This document shows positions 50,668-61,165 of a stretch of DNA of 64,000 nucleotides, one piece after another. The position numbers were made by a program, and so were the translations under genes. This DNA comes from Planctomycetota bacterium (GTDB taxonomy: Bacteria; Planctomycetota; JAJSAM01; JAJVHW01): NCBI GenBank assembly GCA_965248445.1, contig CBDFJG010000003.1, positions 1,056,001 through 1,120,000 on the forward strand, given 5' to 3'. Below the pieces are notes generated by a model. The model had not been told where the DNA came from, made no database searches, and saw nothing but the letters and a program-made list of their open reading frames with translations. Each line of letters opens with the position of its first letter. The first letter of the stretch is position 1.

Positions 50668-52785
50668 GTGAGCGGCGACGAAGGCACTGTTGACTCGACG
50701 AACGCGGCGGGCCGCCCGAGCAGCACCTCGCGCCCGAGCACCCCCGTGCAGTACCTCCGTGGCGTCGGACCGGCCCGCGCGGAGCTGCTCGGCAAGCTCG
50801 GTGTGCGAACGCTCGAGGATCTGACGCGGCACTACCCGCGAGAGCACCAGGACCGCAGCAAGGTCGTCCCCATCGCCGAGCTGCGTCCCGAGACGCGCGC
50901 AACGGTCGAGGGGCGCGTCGCCGCCGTGCGCAAGCGCAGGATGGGCGGGTATGCCCGGCGGCGCTCGCTGGTCGTCGTGAGCATCGAGGACGGGAGCGGA
51001 ACGCTCGAGGTCGAGTTCTGGCAGCAGCCATGGCGGGCGGATCAGCTCGCGCCCGGCACCGACGTCATCTTGGCGGGACGCGTCACGTGGGATCACGGCC
51101 CGAAGATGAGCAGCCCGGAGGTCGAGGTTCCACGGGAGGAGGACGAGCCGCTCTCCGCGGGCCGCATCGTCCCCGTCCACCCCGTCACCCAGGGTCTCCA
51201 CCCGGCGTGGATGCGCGGCGTCGTCGCGCGCGCGCTGGACGCGGTCGCGGACCAACTGGACGATCCGCTTCCGGAGTCCATCCGCTCGGCCCGAGACCTG
51301 CAGCCGTTGGCGACGGCTCTCCGCCAGATGCACTTCCCGGAGTCCGAGCTCGCGCTCTCCACGGCACGGCGACGGTTGGAGTACGAGGAGCTGTTCATCC
51401 TCCAAACGGCGATCGCGCTCCGGCGCCGCCACCTGCGCGTCGAAGAGAAGCCACATCGCGTCGCCATCGACGCGCGGCTGGATGGCCGCATCCGCGCACG
51501 CTTCCCGTTCCCACTGACCGGTGCGCAGGACCGCTGCTGTGCGGAGATCGCGGAGGATCTCGCTTCCGGGCATCCGATGAACCGGCTGCTGCAGGGAGAT
51601 GTCGGCGCCGGCAAGACGGTCGTCGCCGCGTACGCGATGCTCGCCGTCGTCGCACACAAGCTGCAGTGCGCACTGCTGGCGCCGACCGAGATCCTGGCGG
51701 AGCAGCACCACGCCACGTTCTCCCGAATGCTCGAGGGATCACGAGTGCGTCTTGCCCTGCTCACCGGCAGCGCCAGCGCGTCCGAACGGCGCGACCATCT
51801 GTCCGCGCTCGCTGCCGGAGAGATCGATATCTGCATCGGCACGCATGCGTTGCTCACGGGCGACGTGCAATTCGAAACGCTGGCGCTCGTGATCGTGGAC
51901 GAGCAGCACAAGTTCGGGGTGCTACAGCGCTCCGCACTCCGCAAGAAGGGGCTGGCGCCGGACGTGCTCGTCATGAGCGCCACCCCCATTCCGCGCACGC
52001 TGACCATGACCCTCTTCGGGGACCTCGACGTGAGCGTCCTCGACGAGATGCCGCCCGGGCGCAGTCCCGTCGCAACCGTGCTGGCGGCCGAGGCCGACCG
52101 CGAGCGCGTGCACGATCTCACGCGCCGCGTCGTACGCCGCGGCCATCGCGTCTACCACGTGGTGCCGCTGGTCGAGGAGAGCGACGAGAGCAACCTGCGC
52201 GCCGCCGTGCAGCATGCACAACACCTGCGAGACGACGTGTTCCCCGAGATCGACGTCGGATTGCTGCACGGCCGCATGAGCGGGGCGGAAAAGGACGCGG
52301 CGATGGACCGCTTCCGCGCAGGCGAGACCCCGATCCTGGTGTGCACGTCCGTAGTCGAGGTTGGCGTGGACGTACCCGAGGCGACCCTGCTGGTCATCGA
52401 GCACGGCGAGCGTTTCGGACTCGCGCAACTCCACCAGCTCCGCGGACGGGTCGGCCGCGGCGAGCACCCCGGACGAATGATCGTCTTCCACGACTCCGTC
52501 ACACCCGACGCGCTGGAGCGGCTGAACGCCATCGCATCCACGACTGACGGCTTCGTGATCGCCGAGGAGGACCTGCGCATCCGGGGCCCCGGCGAGTTCC
52601 TCGGCACCCGGCAGAGCGGTCTCCCTGAACTGCGGCTGGCGAGTCTCGTGGGCGGCGCGGCGCTGCTGACGGACGCGCGGGAGGACGCCCTGGCATTGGT
52701 CGAGCGGGACCCGGACCTGACCTCCGAAGGCGCCCCGGTGCGCGAAGCCCTGCGCCGCTTCCTCGAATCTCGGCGTTCGAAGTAG
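50668..52785 (+). CDS. recG: ATP-dependent DNA helicase RecG; start approximate
   Basis: LRGVGP, LLQGDVGAGKT, DEQHKFGV, MSATPIPRT and QLHQLRGRVGRG. Confidence 0.95.
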   Translation: MSGDEGTVDSTNAAGRPSSTSRPSTPVQYLRGVGPARAELLGKLGVRTLEDLTRHYPREHQDRSKVVPIAELRPETRATVEGRVAAVRKRRMGGYARRRSLVVVSIEDGSGTLEVEFWQQPWRADQLAPGTDVILAGRVTWDHGPKMSSPEVEVPREEDEPLSAGRIVPVHPVTQGLHPAWMRGVVARALDAVADQLDDPLPESIRSARDLQPLATALRQMHFPESELALSTARRRLEYEELFILQTAIALRRRHLRVEEKPHRVAIDARLDGRIRARFPFPLTGAQDRCCAEIAEDLASGHPMNRLLQGDVGAGKTVVAAYAMLAVVAHKLQCALLAPTEILAEQHHATFSRMLEGSRVRLALLTGSASASERRDHLSALAAGEIDICIGTHALLTGDVQFETLALVIVDEQHKFGVLQRSALRKKGLAPDVLVMSATPIPRTLTMTLFGDLDVSVLDEMPPGRSPVATVLAAEADRERVHDLTRRVVRRGHRVYHVVPLVEESDESNLRAAVQHAQHLRDDVFPEIDVGLLHGRMSGAEKDAAMDRFRAGETPILVCTSVVEVGVDVPEATLLVIEHGERFGLAQLHQLRGRVGRGEHPGRMIVFHDSVTPDALERLNAIASTTDGFVIAEEDLRIRGPGEFLGTRQSGLPELRLASLVGGAALLTDAREDALALVERDPDLTSEGAPVREALRRFLESRRSK

Positions 52786-52789
52786 TCCG

Positions 52790-54340
52790 CTAGCGTTCTT
52801 CGGCGGCGGGCGTCGCGACCTGCGGTCGCACGAGCAGCACGATCACGCGCTCGGTGCTGCGGGACCCGGTGCTGCGGGACCCGGTGCTGCGGGACTCGGC
52901 GGCGCTGCCGGGCCGAGCGCCGCGGGCTCCGCCGGCTGCCCCACCCCTGCCGACGGCCGGACCCCCGCCGCCCCCGCCCGTGCTCGGACCGGAAGCTGGA
53001 GAGTCCGCGACTCCGACGTTGTTCGCCTCGGCGGCGGCGCGGCGACCGCGCAGGAAACCGTCGACGAGCCGCGCCACCAGAGCGCGGTCGATCGAGCGTT
53101 CCCCGGCCTCGGAGGGTGGCTCTTGCCGGTGCGCGACTGACTCGCCCTCGCGCGGGCCGCCCTCGGATTCGCCGGCGGCGTCCGCGCCCGGAGCTGATGG
53201 AGCCGCCGGCGTCACGAACGACGATGCGCCGCCTGACGCGCCGCGCCGGCTGCCGAACGTCGCCCGCGGGACCGACACGTCCGCTACGACGGTGACCGGC
53301 GAAGCGGCGCGCCCAACTTGTTCGCTTGCCGCGGAGCCGAGGGACTTCTCCCCGTCGCCCTTCTTCGCCTCGTCTTCGCCCGCTCCGGACTCCGCGACGT
53401 CCTCCCCAAACGCGGACGCCGCGCCCGCTCCGTCGGCACGGCTCAGTCGCGCGACGTACGCCTGCGCCGCCGCCTCGTCCGTGAACACTGCGTAGCGCGC
53501 GCCCCCGACCTCGGTTATCCAGAAGTCTGGCTCACCCGGAGTCCGGGTCTCGCGCAACCGTCGCATCGCGGCTCCCGCCGACCTCTCGAGTCCAGAGTCC
53601 TTGCCGGCGGCCTTGTCTCGGGTGTTGTCCGCGTCGCGGAACTCATCGGGATCCTCTGCCGACTCGTTGTCGGCGCTCGCGTCGTCGTCGCCGTCACCCA
53701 TGCGATCGGCCCCCATTCGATCGGCAACGTCCGCGGCAGCGGTGTCTGCAGGCGCCGACGTGGCCCTGGCGCGGGGCGCCGGAGCGCGCGCGGGCGCGGT
53801 GCCCGGCATGTCGTCGGCCGCGTCCGCTTCGGGCTTGGCACCGGCACCGCGGCCGGCGTCTTCCTCGAGTTCGCCGAAGACGCCACGCTCCTTGCGCGTG
53901 CCCTCGTTCTTGGCGTCTCGAGACGACTGCGCGCGATCGAGCGCGATCGTCTCTTCTTCCGGGACGCCGGCAACATCCATCTCGCCAGGCGGGAGAGACG
54001 GCGAGCCGCGATCCGTCGCGAGCACGAATCCGATGACGAGCGCTGCGGCTGCCGTCGCCGACAAGAGGGGCGCCAGGCGCATCAACAGGCCACGGGGCCG
54101 TTGCGCACGTACCGCTCCAAGGATGTCGTCGGACAGCCCGGCTGGCGCGTGAACCGCCGGGACCGCGGCGAACAGTTCGCCCAGTCGCCGCAGTTCCTGC
54201 GCCTCGTCGCCCAGCTCCGTGGCCGACGCCAGCAACTCCGCGAGACGCGCGCGTCCTGCGTCGTCCAGGCGATCGTCGCGCTCGAGATCGAGCAGCGCCA
54301 TCAGCTCCTCGCGCTCGTCCGGGTGTTCGCGCGCCGTCAC
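52790..54340 (-). CDS. Putative anti-sigma factor (N-terminal anti-sigma helix bundle, TM, low-complexity C-terminus)
   Basis: GTGA overlap with the ECF sigma; ELMALLD...RLAELL and APAGLSDDIL; TM segment. Confidence 0.6.
   Translation of the reverse strand: MTAREHPDEREELMALLDLERDDRLDDAGRARLAELLASATELGDEAQELRRLGELFAAVPAVHAPAGLSDDILGAVRAQRPRGLLMRLAPLLSATAAAALVIGFVLATDRGSPSLPPGEMDVAGVPEEETIALDRAQSSRDAKNEGTRKERGVFGELEEDAGRGAGAKPEADAADDMPGTAPARAPAPRARATSAPADTAAADVADRMGADRMGDGDDDASADNESAEDPDEFRDADNTRDKAAGKDSGLERSAGAAMRRLRETRTPGEPDFWITEVGGARYAVFTDEAAAQAYVARLSRADGAGAASAFGEDVAESGAGEDEAKKGDGEKSLGSAASEQVGRAASPVTVVADVSVPRATFGSRRGASGGASSFVTPAAPSAPGADAAGESEGGPREGESVAHRQEPPSEAGERSIDRALVARLVDGFLRGRRAAAEANNVGVADSPASGPSTGGGGGGPAVGRGGAAGGARGARPGSAAESRSTGSRSTGSRSTERVIVLLVRPQVATPAAEER
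52852..52895. repeat. 15-bp tandem repeat x3 (encodes STGSR units)
   Basis: (CGGTGCTGCGGGACC) about 3 copies. Confidence 0.85.
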
Positions 54341-54720
54341 AGGATCTTCCCCCGCAGCCGGTCGCGCAGATCAGCCCGCGCGCGGAACAGGCGGGAGCGC
54401 ACTGTCCCCACCGGAACGCCGACGATCTCGGCGATCTCCTCGTAGGCCAGACCCTGAAACTCGCGCAGGACGATCACTTCCTTCTGATCCGGATGGAGCC
54501 GGTCCAGTTCCCCGAGCAGGAGTTCCTTCTCCTCCTCGGCGGAGACGAGCTCGTCCGCACGGGGCTGATTTCCGGCCGGATCCAGCGCCACGGCGCCGCC
54601 GTCCTCGCTCGCCCGGAGGGCGTCGAGGCTGAGCGGTTTGCCGTACTTCTGCGCGGACCGTTTGCGCATCTCACTCCTCACCTGATTGACCGCGATGGCG
54701 TAGATCCAGGTCCCGAAGGC
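54337..54720 (-). pseudogene. ECF sigma factor, 5'-truncated
   Basis: AFGTWIYAIAVN (end of region 2) and YEEIAEIVGVPVGTVRSRLFRAR (region 4); upstream sequence is not sigma-like and has no in-frame start. Confidence 0.8.
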
Positions 54721-54793
54721 GTCACGCTGCGAGCGATTGTCCCCACCAAAGGACTGTTGCAGCTCGACAAGATCCTCGGTCTCGTTCCACGCG

Positions 54794-55713
<920 letters not shown>

Positions 55714-55813
55714 CGCGTGCCACGGTAGGCCCGGCGAAGTGCCCTTTCGCTTGCCCCGAAGTCAGCTTCTCTGGCGGACTTTCAGGCAGGGAGTTGCGCC
55801 ACCGACTCACTAG

Positions 55814-56244
55814 CCCGAATCGTTCACCAGCCGGGAATCTGAGCGGGCCGTCGTCTGTCTAAGTGCTCGTACTCGCTAGTACTTGCACCGACAGGAGCGC
55901 CGGCCCGATGACGACAGACTGTAGCCCGCAGGGGACCCTCTTCGCGGGCATCTGTGGACGCACCGCGGTGACGCGCTTCGACGCCGGTACCGTGACGAGC
56001 GACGGGGGCGTGCTGCTGCTCGAGCGGGTCGATCGTCGCATCGATCTGCTCTCGCGGTTTGCGCGCTGCTTCGGGGACCACCGGGACCCGCGTCGGGTCG
56101 AGCACACGGTCGGCCAGATGCTGCGTCAGCGGGTCTTCGGGCTGTGCGCGGGCTACGAGGATCTGGTGGACCACGACCATGTCGGCAAGGACCCGCTGTT
56201 TGCCGCGGCGTGCGGCAAGCGCGAGGGTGCTCTGGCCACGCACC
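55814..56244 (+). mobile_element. IS1380 copy 4, truncated (left 431 bp)
   Basis: CTAG then the left TIR; identity to the other copies ends at ...GCCACGCACC. Confidence 0.92.
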
Positions 56245-56605
56245 TGCGTTCATCGCGATCAAGGACTCGGCCGTGACGGACTCCGGGAACGTGTACTTCG
56301 GGGACCCCGTGTTCGGAACACTGGCACGGATGGACGCCTACTGCTACGCCGAGAACAACTTCTACGACTCGAACCTCGACGAGAGCGGATCGACGGAACT
56401 CACCATCAACGGGGTCATGTCGGCCGGCAACCAGATCGTCGTTGACCGTGACCACGACAACGGCAGCCACACCAAGATGACCGTCAACTTCGACGACCGC
56501 GTCGAGTTGGGCACCCTGGAGCTTCCCGGCCTGCCGAGTTCTACGGGTGGATCCGGCATCCGCGAGATGGAGATCCTCACGGTCTTCGAGATCGGTGCCA
56601 ACTGA
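56245..56605 (+). pseudogene. C-terminal fragment of an unknown gene (PilX-like C-terminus possible)
   Basis: Coding-like codon bias (AFIAIKD...TVFEIGAN) with no start; abuts the truncated IS. Confidence 0.55.
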
Positions 56606-56658
56606 CACGCCGCGTCCTGCAGCACTCCGGAACCAGATTCGATGTTGGGGGCTAACTG

Positions 56659-57963
56659 ATGCGTCACTGCGTAGCTGTCCTACTTGCATCGGCGTGTCTG
56701 TTCACGCTGGTCACTCCGACCCTGGCGGCGGACGTCGACGAGAAGGTGATTGCCGCGAGAGCGAGTGAGATCGTCGGCGTGATCGACAGTCTCGATGTCG
56801 AGGACGGCGTCGCGTGCGAGCGTGTCGTCAAGCGGATCGCGGAACTCCCCGTCGAGGAGCGTGTGGCGATCGTGCGTGCGCTCAGCGTGCTGGCAGGGCT
56901 GCGTGAGTCGGATGGTCGCGCCAATTTGTTGCTCGACGCGCTGCATCGCATCGGCGAGCCGGGCGTGCGCACTGCGCTGGCGCAGCTTGCAGCGCCGACG
57001 GCCTCCATGTCGGACCGCGGCCTTCTCTACTGGTGCGCCCGCTACGACAAGGTACACGTCGGGCTCGACCTCCTGCTCCAGGGGGCCGACAACGCCGGCG
57101 AAAAGGAACTCGCAAGCCGCGCCATCCGCGCCGCGATCAGGGATGCCGTGATGGCAGAACTCGTGCGCGAGGACAAGGGGCTCGAGAGCATCGCCCCCCG
57201 GCTCCGATCCGTACGGCCGGTGGTGCAGGACGTCGCGCTCGACGCCCTCGAGCGAGGCGGCTATCACGTCAGCACGCGCGACCTCAGCCTTCTCGTGAGC
57301 GGGAATCCCGACACGGATCTCGCAGTCATGACGCGGCTGGCCCGGCTCCCCGTCAGGGAGCCCGACGCCATCGACCCGATCGCCTCCGGTCGCGTGCGCT
57401 CGCACCTGCAGAGCAGCGAGCGCGAGGTGCGACGCGTTGCCGTGATCACGGCAACTCGTTTCCGCCTGCCGGGCTACGTGGATCGGCTTGTTCAGATGCT
57501 AGATGACGGAGATGCGATCGTCGCGGCGACGGCCCACCGCTCGCTTCGCGCGCAGAGCGGTCAGCGTCTGCTCGCCGAGAGTGACCTCTGGAAGCGCTGG
57601 CTCGAGGGCCAACGTGCATGGCTGACCAAGCTCGGACCGAAGCTGCGCAAGGACGTCGAGGCCGAAGACGCGCAGGTCGCGATCAGTGCGCTCGACCAGA
57701 TGGCCGCACACGCCATCCTGGCGGGCGAGCTCTTGGGTGCGGCCAAGACCGCGCTGCGTCATGACGATGCTGCCGTGCGTGGCCGTGCGTGCGGTGTGGT
57801 CGGACAGTTCGGCTACTTCGAGTCGATTCCGGACCTCGTCCGGCTACTCGAGGACGACGACGAGCGGGCTCAACTGGCGGCGCACGATGCGCTCAAGGAA
57901 CTGACCGGACTGCGCACCGTTGAAGCCGTCCCGCACTGGGCCGACGAACTCCTGCTCGACTAG
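56659..57963 (+). CDS. Secreted HEAT-repeat protein
   Basis: Signal peptide; LVQMLDDGD and LVRLLEDDD...AHDALKELTG repeats. Confidence 0.75.
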   Translation: MRHCVAVLLASACLFTLVTPTLAADVDEKVIAARASEIVGVIDSLDVEDGVACERVVKRIAELPVEERVAIVRALSVLAGLRESDGRANLLLDALHRIGEPGVRTALAQLAAPTASMSDRGLLYWCARYDKVHVGLDLLLQGADNAGEKELASRAIRAAIRDAVMAELVREDKGLESIAPRLRSVRPVVQDVALDALERGGYHVSTRDLSLLVSGNPDTDLAVMTRLARLPVREPDAIDPIASGRVRSHLQSSEREVRRVAVITATRFRLPGYVDRLVQMLDDGDAIVAATAHRSLRAQSGQRLLAESDLWKRWLEGQRAWLTKLGPKLRKDVEAEDAQVAISALDQMAAHAILAGELLGAAKTALRHDDAAVRGRACGVVGQFGYFESIPDLVRLLEDDDERAQLAAHDALKELTGLRTVEAVPHWADELLLD

Positions 57964-58268
57964 ATCCCCGCGTCGCCCAGCGTTCGCATGAACGACTGGA
58001 CGAGCCCGACCAGACGCGGGTGGGCGGTCTCGAATCCGCGCAGAGCGTCCTCGATCTCGTCGCCGTCGGCAGGGGGGGCGTCCCCCGACGCAACCGCCTC
58101 GGCGTGACGGGCCACGGCCATCGCGTCCTCGCCGTGGGTCTCCGCCGCGGCTGACAGCTCGCTGCGCAACGCAGATACGAGCGAGAGCAGCTCCGCGCGC
58201 GTCTCCTCCCCGGTGCGCTTCGACGCGCGGATGCGCTCCTCGAGCCTGCGCAGCGTGTCCTCGACCAT
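57960..58268 (-). CDS. DUF4404-like small protein
   Basis: C-terminal FETAHPRL...LGDAGI; GGAGG RBS. Confidence 0.7.
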   Translation of the reverse strand: MVEDTLRRLEERIRASKRTGEETRAELLSLVSALRSELSAAAETHGEDAMAVARHAEAVASGDAPPADGDEIEDALRGFETAHPRLVGLVQSFMRTLGDAGI

Positions 58269-58568
58269 CGGAGCCTCCTCGATCCCGTCGTGTCTCCTCC
58301 ATCTTGACACGTCGAGCTCGCACGCGGCGCATCTTGGATCCCGCCCTTGCGACGCTGATCGCATCTGCTCCACACTGGCCGGGCGGCGGCGCGCGAGGTG
58401 CTGCGCCGCGTGGAGCCCTGATCCCCGGCATCCACAATGACTGGATGCGCCGCGTGGTCGCCACGCCCGGCGTCGCAGAGGCGCTCGACAGGGCGGATCC
58501 CTCGATCGTGTCCTTGGCGTACCGCCAGACGCTCGACGCGTCACTCGGCGACAAGCTCGACCTCTTAG

Positions 58569-60237
58569 CCGCATCTGTTCACGAGACGTCGCGATGACGG
58601 TGCTTTCGGAGTCCACAGGGTCAGATCTTGGCCAGGCGAGGGCGGATGCTGTCGTCGTTGCCACAAGGGCAACGCGAGTGAGCGGCCGAAACGGCGCGGA
58701 TTCTGCGGTGTGGGCAGACCGTAGGCCGGGCGGTGGTGTGGCGGACGGCGCGGCGGGACGTCAGGTCGGCTTCGGGGATGCCAGCAGTCGTTGCGCGCAG
58801 CGCTCGAAGACGTGCTGCCAGGGCCACGACGAGGACATCGAGACCCAGATCCGGCGCGTCGTGATCCGCACGAGCGCGCCGATCTTGAGCAGCCGCAGGC
58901 GGATCGTGCCGGCTTGCGCACGCGCCATCTCGGTGCCGGCGAGACCGATGCGTCGCAGCGCACAGGTCAGGACGTAGGCCATGGCCGACATGGCCATCCG
59001 CACGGCGTTGCCCTGCATCGTGTGCACCGACAGACGGGTGCCGAAGAGCTCGAGCTGCTGCTCCTTGATGCGATTCTCCGCCTCGCCCCGGGCGCAGTAG
59101 AGCTGCTCGTAGAGACGCTTGCTGCTCCAGCTACGAGGCGGCAGATTGGTCACCACGAAGCGGGGATTGCGCTTGCCGCCCGGCAGGTGCTCGGCCTTGG
59201 CGACCACGCGACGCCTCTGGCTCCAGCTCCCCAGCGTGGTCCAGGCAAAGTCGCGAAAGACCCGGGCTGCTCGGCCGGTCTGCACGGCACGGGCTGCGGC
59301 CTCATCGAGCGCGTCTTCGACGTGTCGCTCAAGGCGCTCATTGCGCGCCATGCCCAGCAGGTAGAAGTGGCCGGCGGCCTCGCACCAGGCCATCAGCTCC
59401 TCGCGGCAAAAGCCCGAGTCTGCGCGCACGAGCACCTTGGCCCGGGGCCAGCGGCGCCGCAGACGTAAGACCAGCGCACGGAGCTCGTCCACGACTCCGC
59501 GCGCGGGATCTCTGTCAGCGGTCTGGAGCCGAGCGAGCAAGAGGTGCTCGCCGCAGAAGACGTACAGCGGCAGGTAGCAGTAGTGCCCGTAGTAGCCGTG
59601 GAAGAAGCGGCCCTCCTGCCGGCCGTGCAGCCGCACGTCGGAGTGGTCCAGGTCCAGCACGAGCAGGCCCGGATCCTCCGGCCCCATGGCCTCGCAGAAG
59701 ACGTCGCTGAGCACGCTGTCCACGCGCTCCTGGTCCATCTCGATCTTGGCGTAGCGCGTCTGTGCCGTGGCGCCGAGCTGCGTGGTCTCGAGCCGCGAGA
59801 GCGTCGGGTGCGTGGCCAGAGCACCCTCGCGCTTGCCGCACGCCGCGGCAAACAGCGGGTCCTTGCCGACATGGTCGTGGTCCACCAGATCCTCGTAGCC
59901 CGCGCACAGCCCGAAGACCCGCTGACGCAGCATCTGGCCGACCGTGTGCTCGACCCGACGCGGGTCCCGGTGGTCCCCGAAGCAGCGCGCAAACCGCGAG
60001 AGCAGATCGATGCGACGATCGACCCGCTCGAGCAGCAGCACGCCCCCGTCGCTCGTCACGGTACCGGCGTCGAAGCGCGTCACCGCGGTGCGTCCACAGA
60101 TGCCCGCGAAGAGGGTCCCCTGCGGGCTACAGTCTGTCGTCATCGGGCCGGCGCTCCTGTCGGTGCAAGTACTAGCGAGTACGAGCACTTAGACAGACGA
60201 CGGCCCGCTCAGATTCCCGGCTGGTGAACGATTCGGG
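58569..60237 (-). mobile_element. IS1380-family element copy 5 (1669 bp)
   Basis: Full length with both TIRs; flanks TTAG / TAAC do not form a TSD. Confidence 0.95.
58761..60143 (-). CDS. IS1380-family transposase
   Basis: Same translation as copy 2. Confidence 0.95.
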   Translation of the reverse strand: MTTDCSPQGTLFAGICGRTAVTRFDAGTVTSDGGVLLLERVDRRIDLLSRFARCFGDHRDPRRVEHTVGQMLRQRVFGLCAGYEDLVDHDHVGKDPLFAAACGKREGALATHPTLSRLETTQLGATAQTRYAKIEMDQERVDSVLSDVFCEAMGPEDPGLLVLDLDHSDVRLHGRQEGRFFHGYYGHYCYLPLYVFCGEHLLLARLQTADRDPARGVVDELRALVLRLRRRWPRAKVLVRADSGFCREELMAWCEAAGHFYLLGMARNERLERHVEDALDEAAARAVQTGRAARVFRDFAWTTLGSWSQRRRVVAKAEHLPGGKRNPRFVVTNLPPRSWSSKRLYEQLYCARGEAENRIKEQQLELFGTRLSVHTMQGNAVRMAMSAMAYVLTCALRRIGLAGTEMARAQAGTIRLRLLKIGALVRITTRRIWVSMSSSWPWQHVFERCAQRLLASPKPT

Positions 60238-60487
60238 TAACTACCGATCGATTCCGGATCTGGGCCGGGCGATGACGAGCCGCTGGGACTCAGGCAGGGC
60301 CTGAAGCGACCGGGATCGGACCGATCGGGAACGTGGTTTCGGACGGAACCTGGATCGATCTGGAACACCGGGATTCGGACGGAACCGGTCTCGGTACGGA
60401 CGGGCTCGCCGTCTTCGGAGCCGTCCCGAGGCTGCGGTATCGTCGTCAGCCGCGGCGCGCGGCGCGCGGCGCGCACGCGAGGAGGCG

Positions 60488-60760
60488 GTGGCCGCCGAGG
60501 TCGCTTCGTCTGGTGGGGACGTGTCCGCGAGTCCGGTCGCCCTCCGCGTCGAGCCGCGTCCGTCAAAGAGCCGCGCGAGCTGGGCGCGGCTGATCCGCCG
60601 GATCTACGAGGTCGATCCTCTGCTCTGCCCGCGCTGCGAGGGGCCGCCCGAGTTGCTCGCGGTGCTGGTGGACCCCAAGGTGGTCGACGCGGTCCTGCGG
60701 CATCTCGAGGTGCCCGACCAGCCCACGAGCATGCACGCGCGGGATCCGCCCGCGGCGTGA
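60488..60760 (+). pseudogene. IS91-family (Y2) transposase C-terminal remnant
   Basis: SWARLIRRIYEVDPLLCPRC...VLRHL...ARDPP resembles the C-terminal tail of IS91-like transposases. Confidence 0.7.
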
Positions 60761-61165
60761 GGCCGCACGGCGGGGTGTTCCGGGGAGTTGCGCGCGGCGA
60801 TGCGGCGGGTGCGGTGGGGAGGGTGCGTGTCGCGCCCGCCGTGCGCTGCGCATGAGAGGGTGGCGCGGCGAGGCGCGGGCGTCTGGGGCTGGTCTGCGGC
60901 CTACGGGGAGGCCGGGGCGAGGGGCCGGCGCGGCGAGTTGCGGTGACAAGAGGCAGCTCAAGCGGAGCAGTGGGGGCGGGTTCGGGGAGGTTCGGGGCGG
61001 TGTGAGCGTGTCGTGGCGGGTGCCGCAGGGCAGGGCGGCGGACACTATCCCCTATCCGTGCGGGGTTCGGTCAGGCCACTGTCGAGCATTCACGCGAGCT
61101 TCAGCAAGACGCTGCCACAACCCGATCTTGGAAGCGGCAGCACCACCGTCGTTCGCCCTTGCACC

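Noticed and set aside
58304..58568. Short ORF cut by IS1380 copy 5
   Set aside because: No recognisable motif or RBS; cannot be supported as a gene
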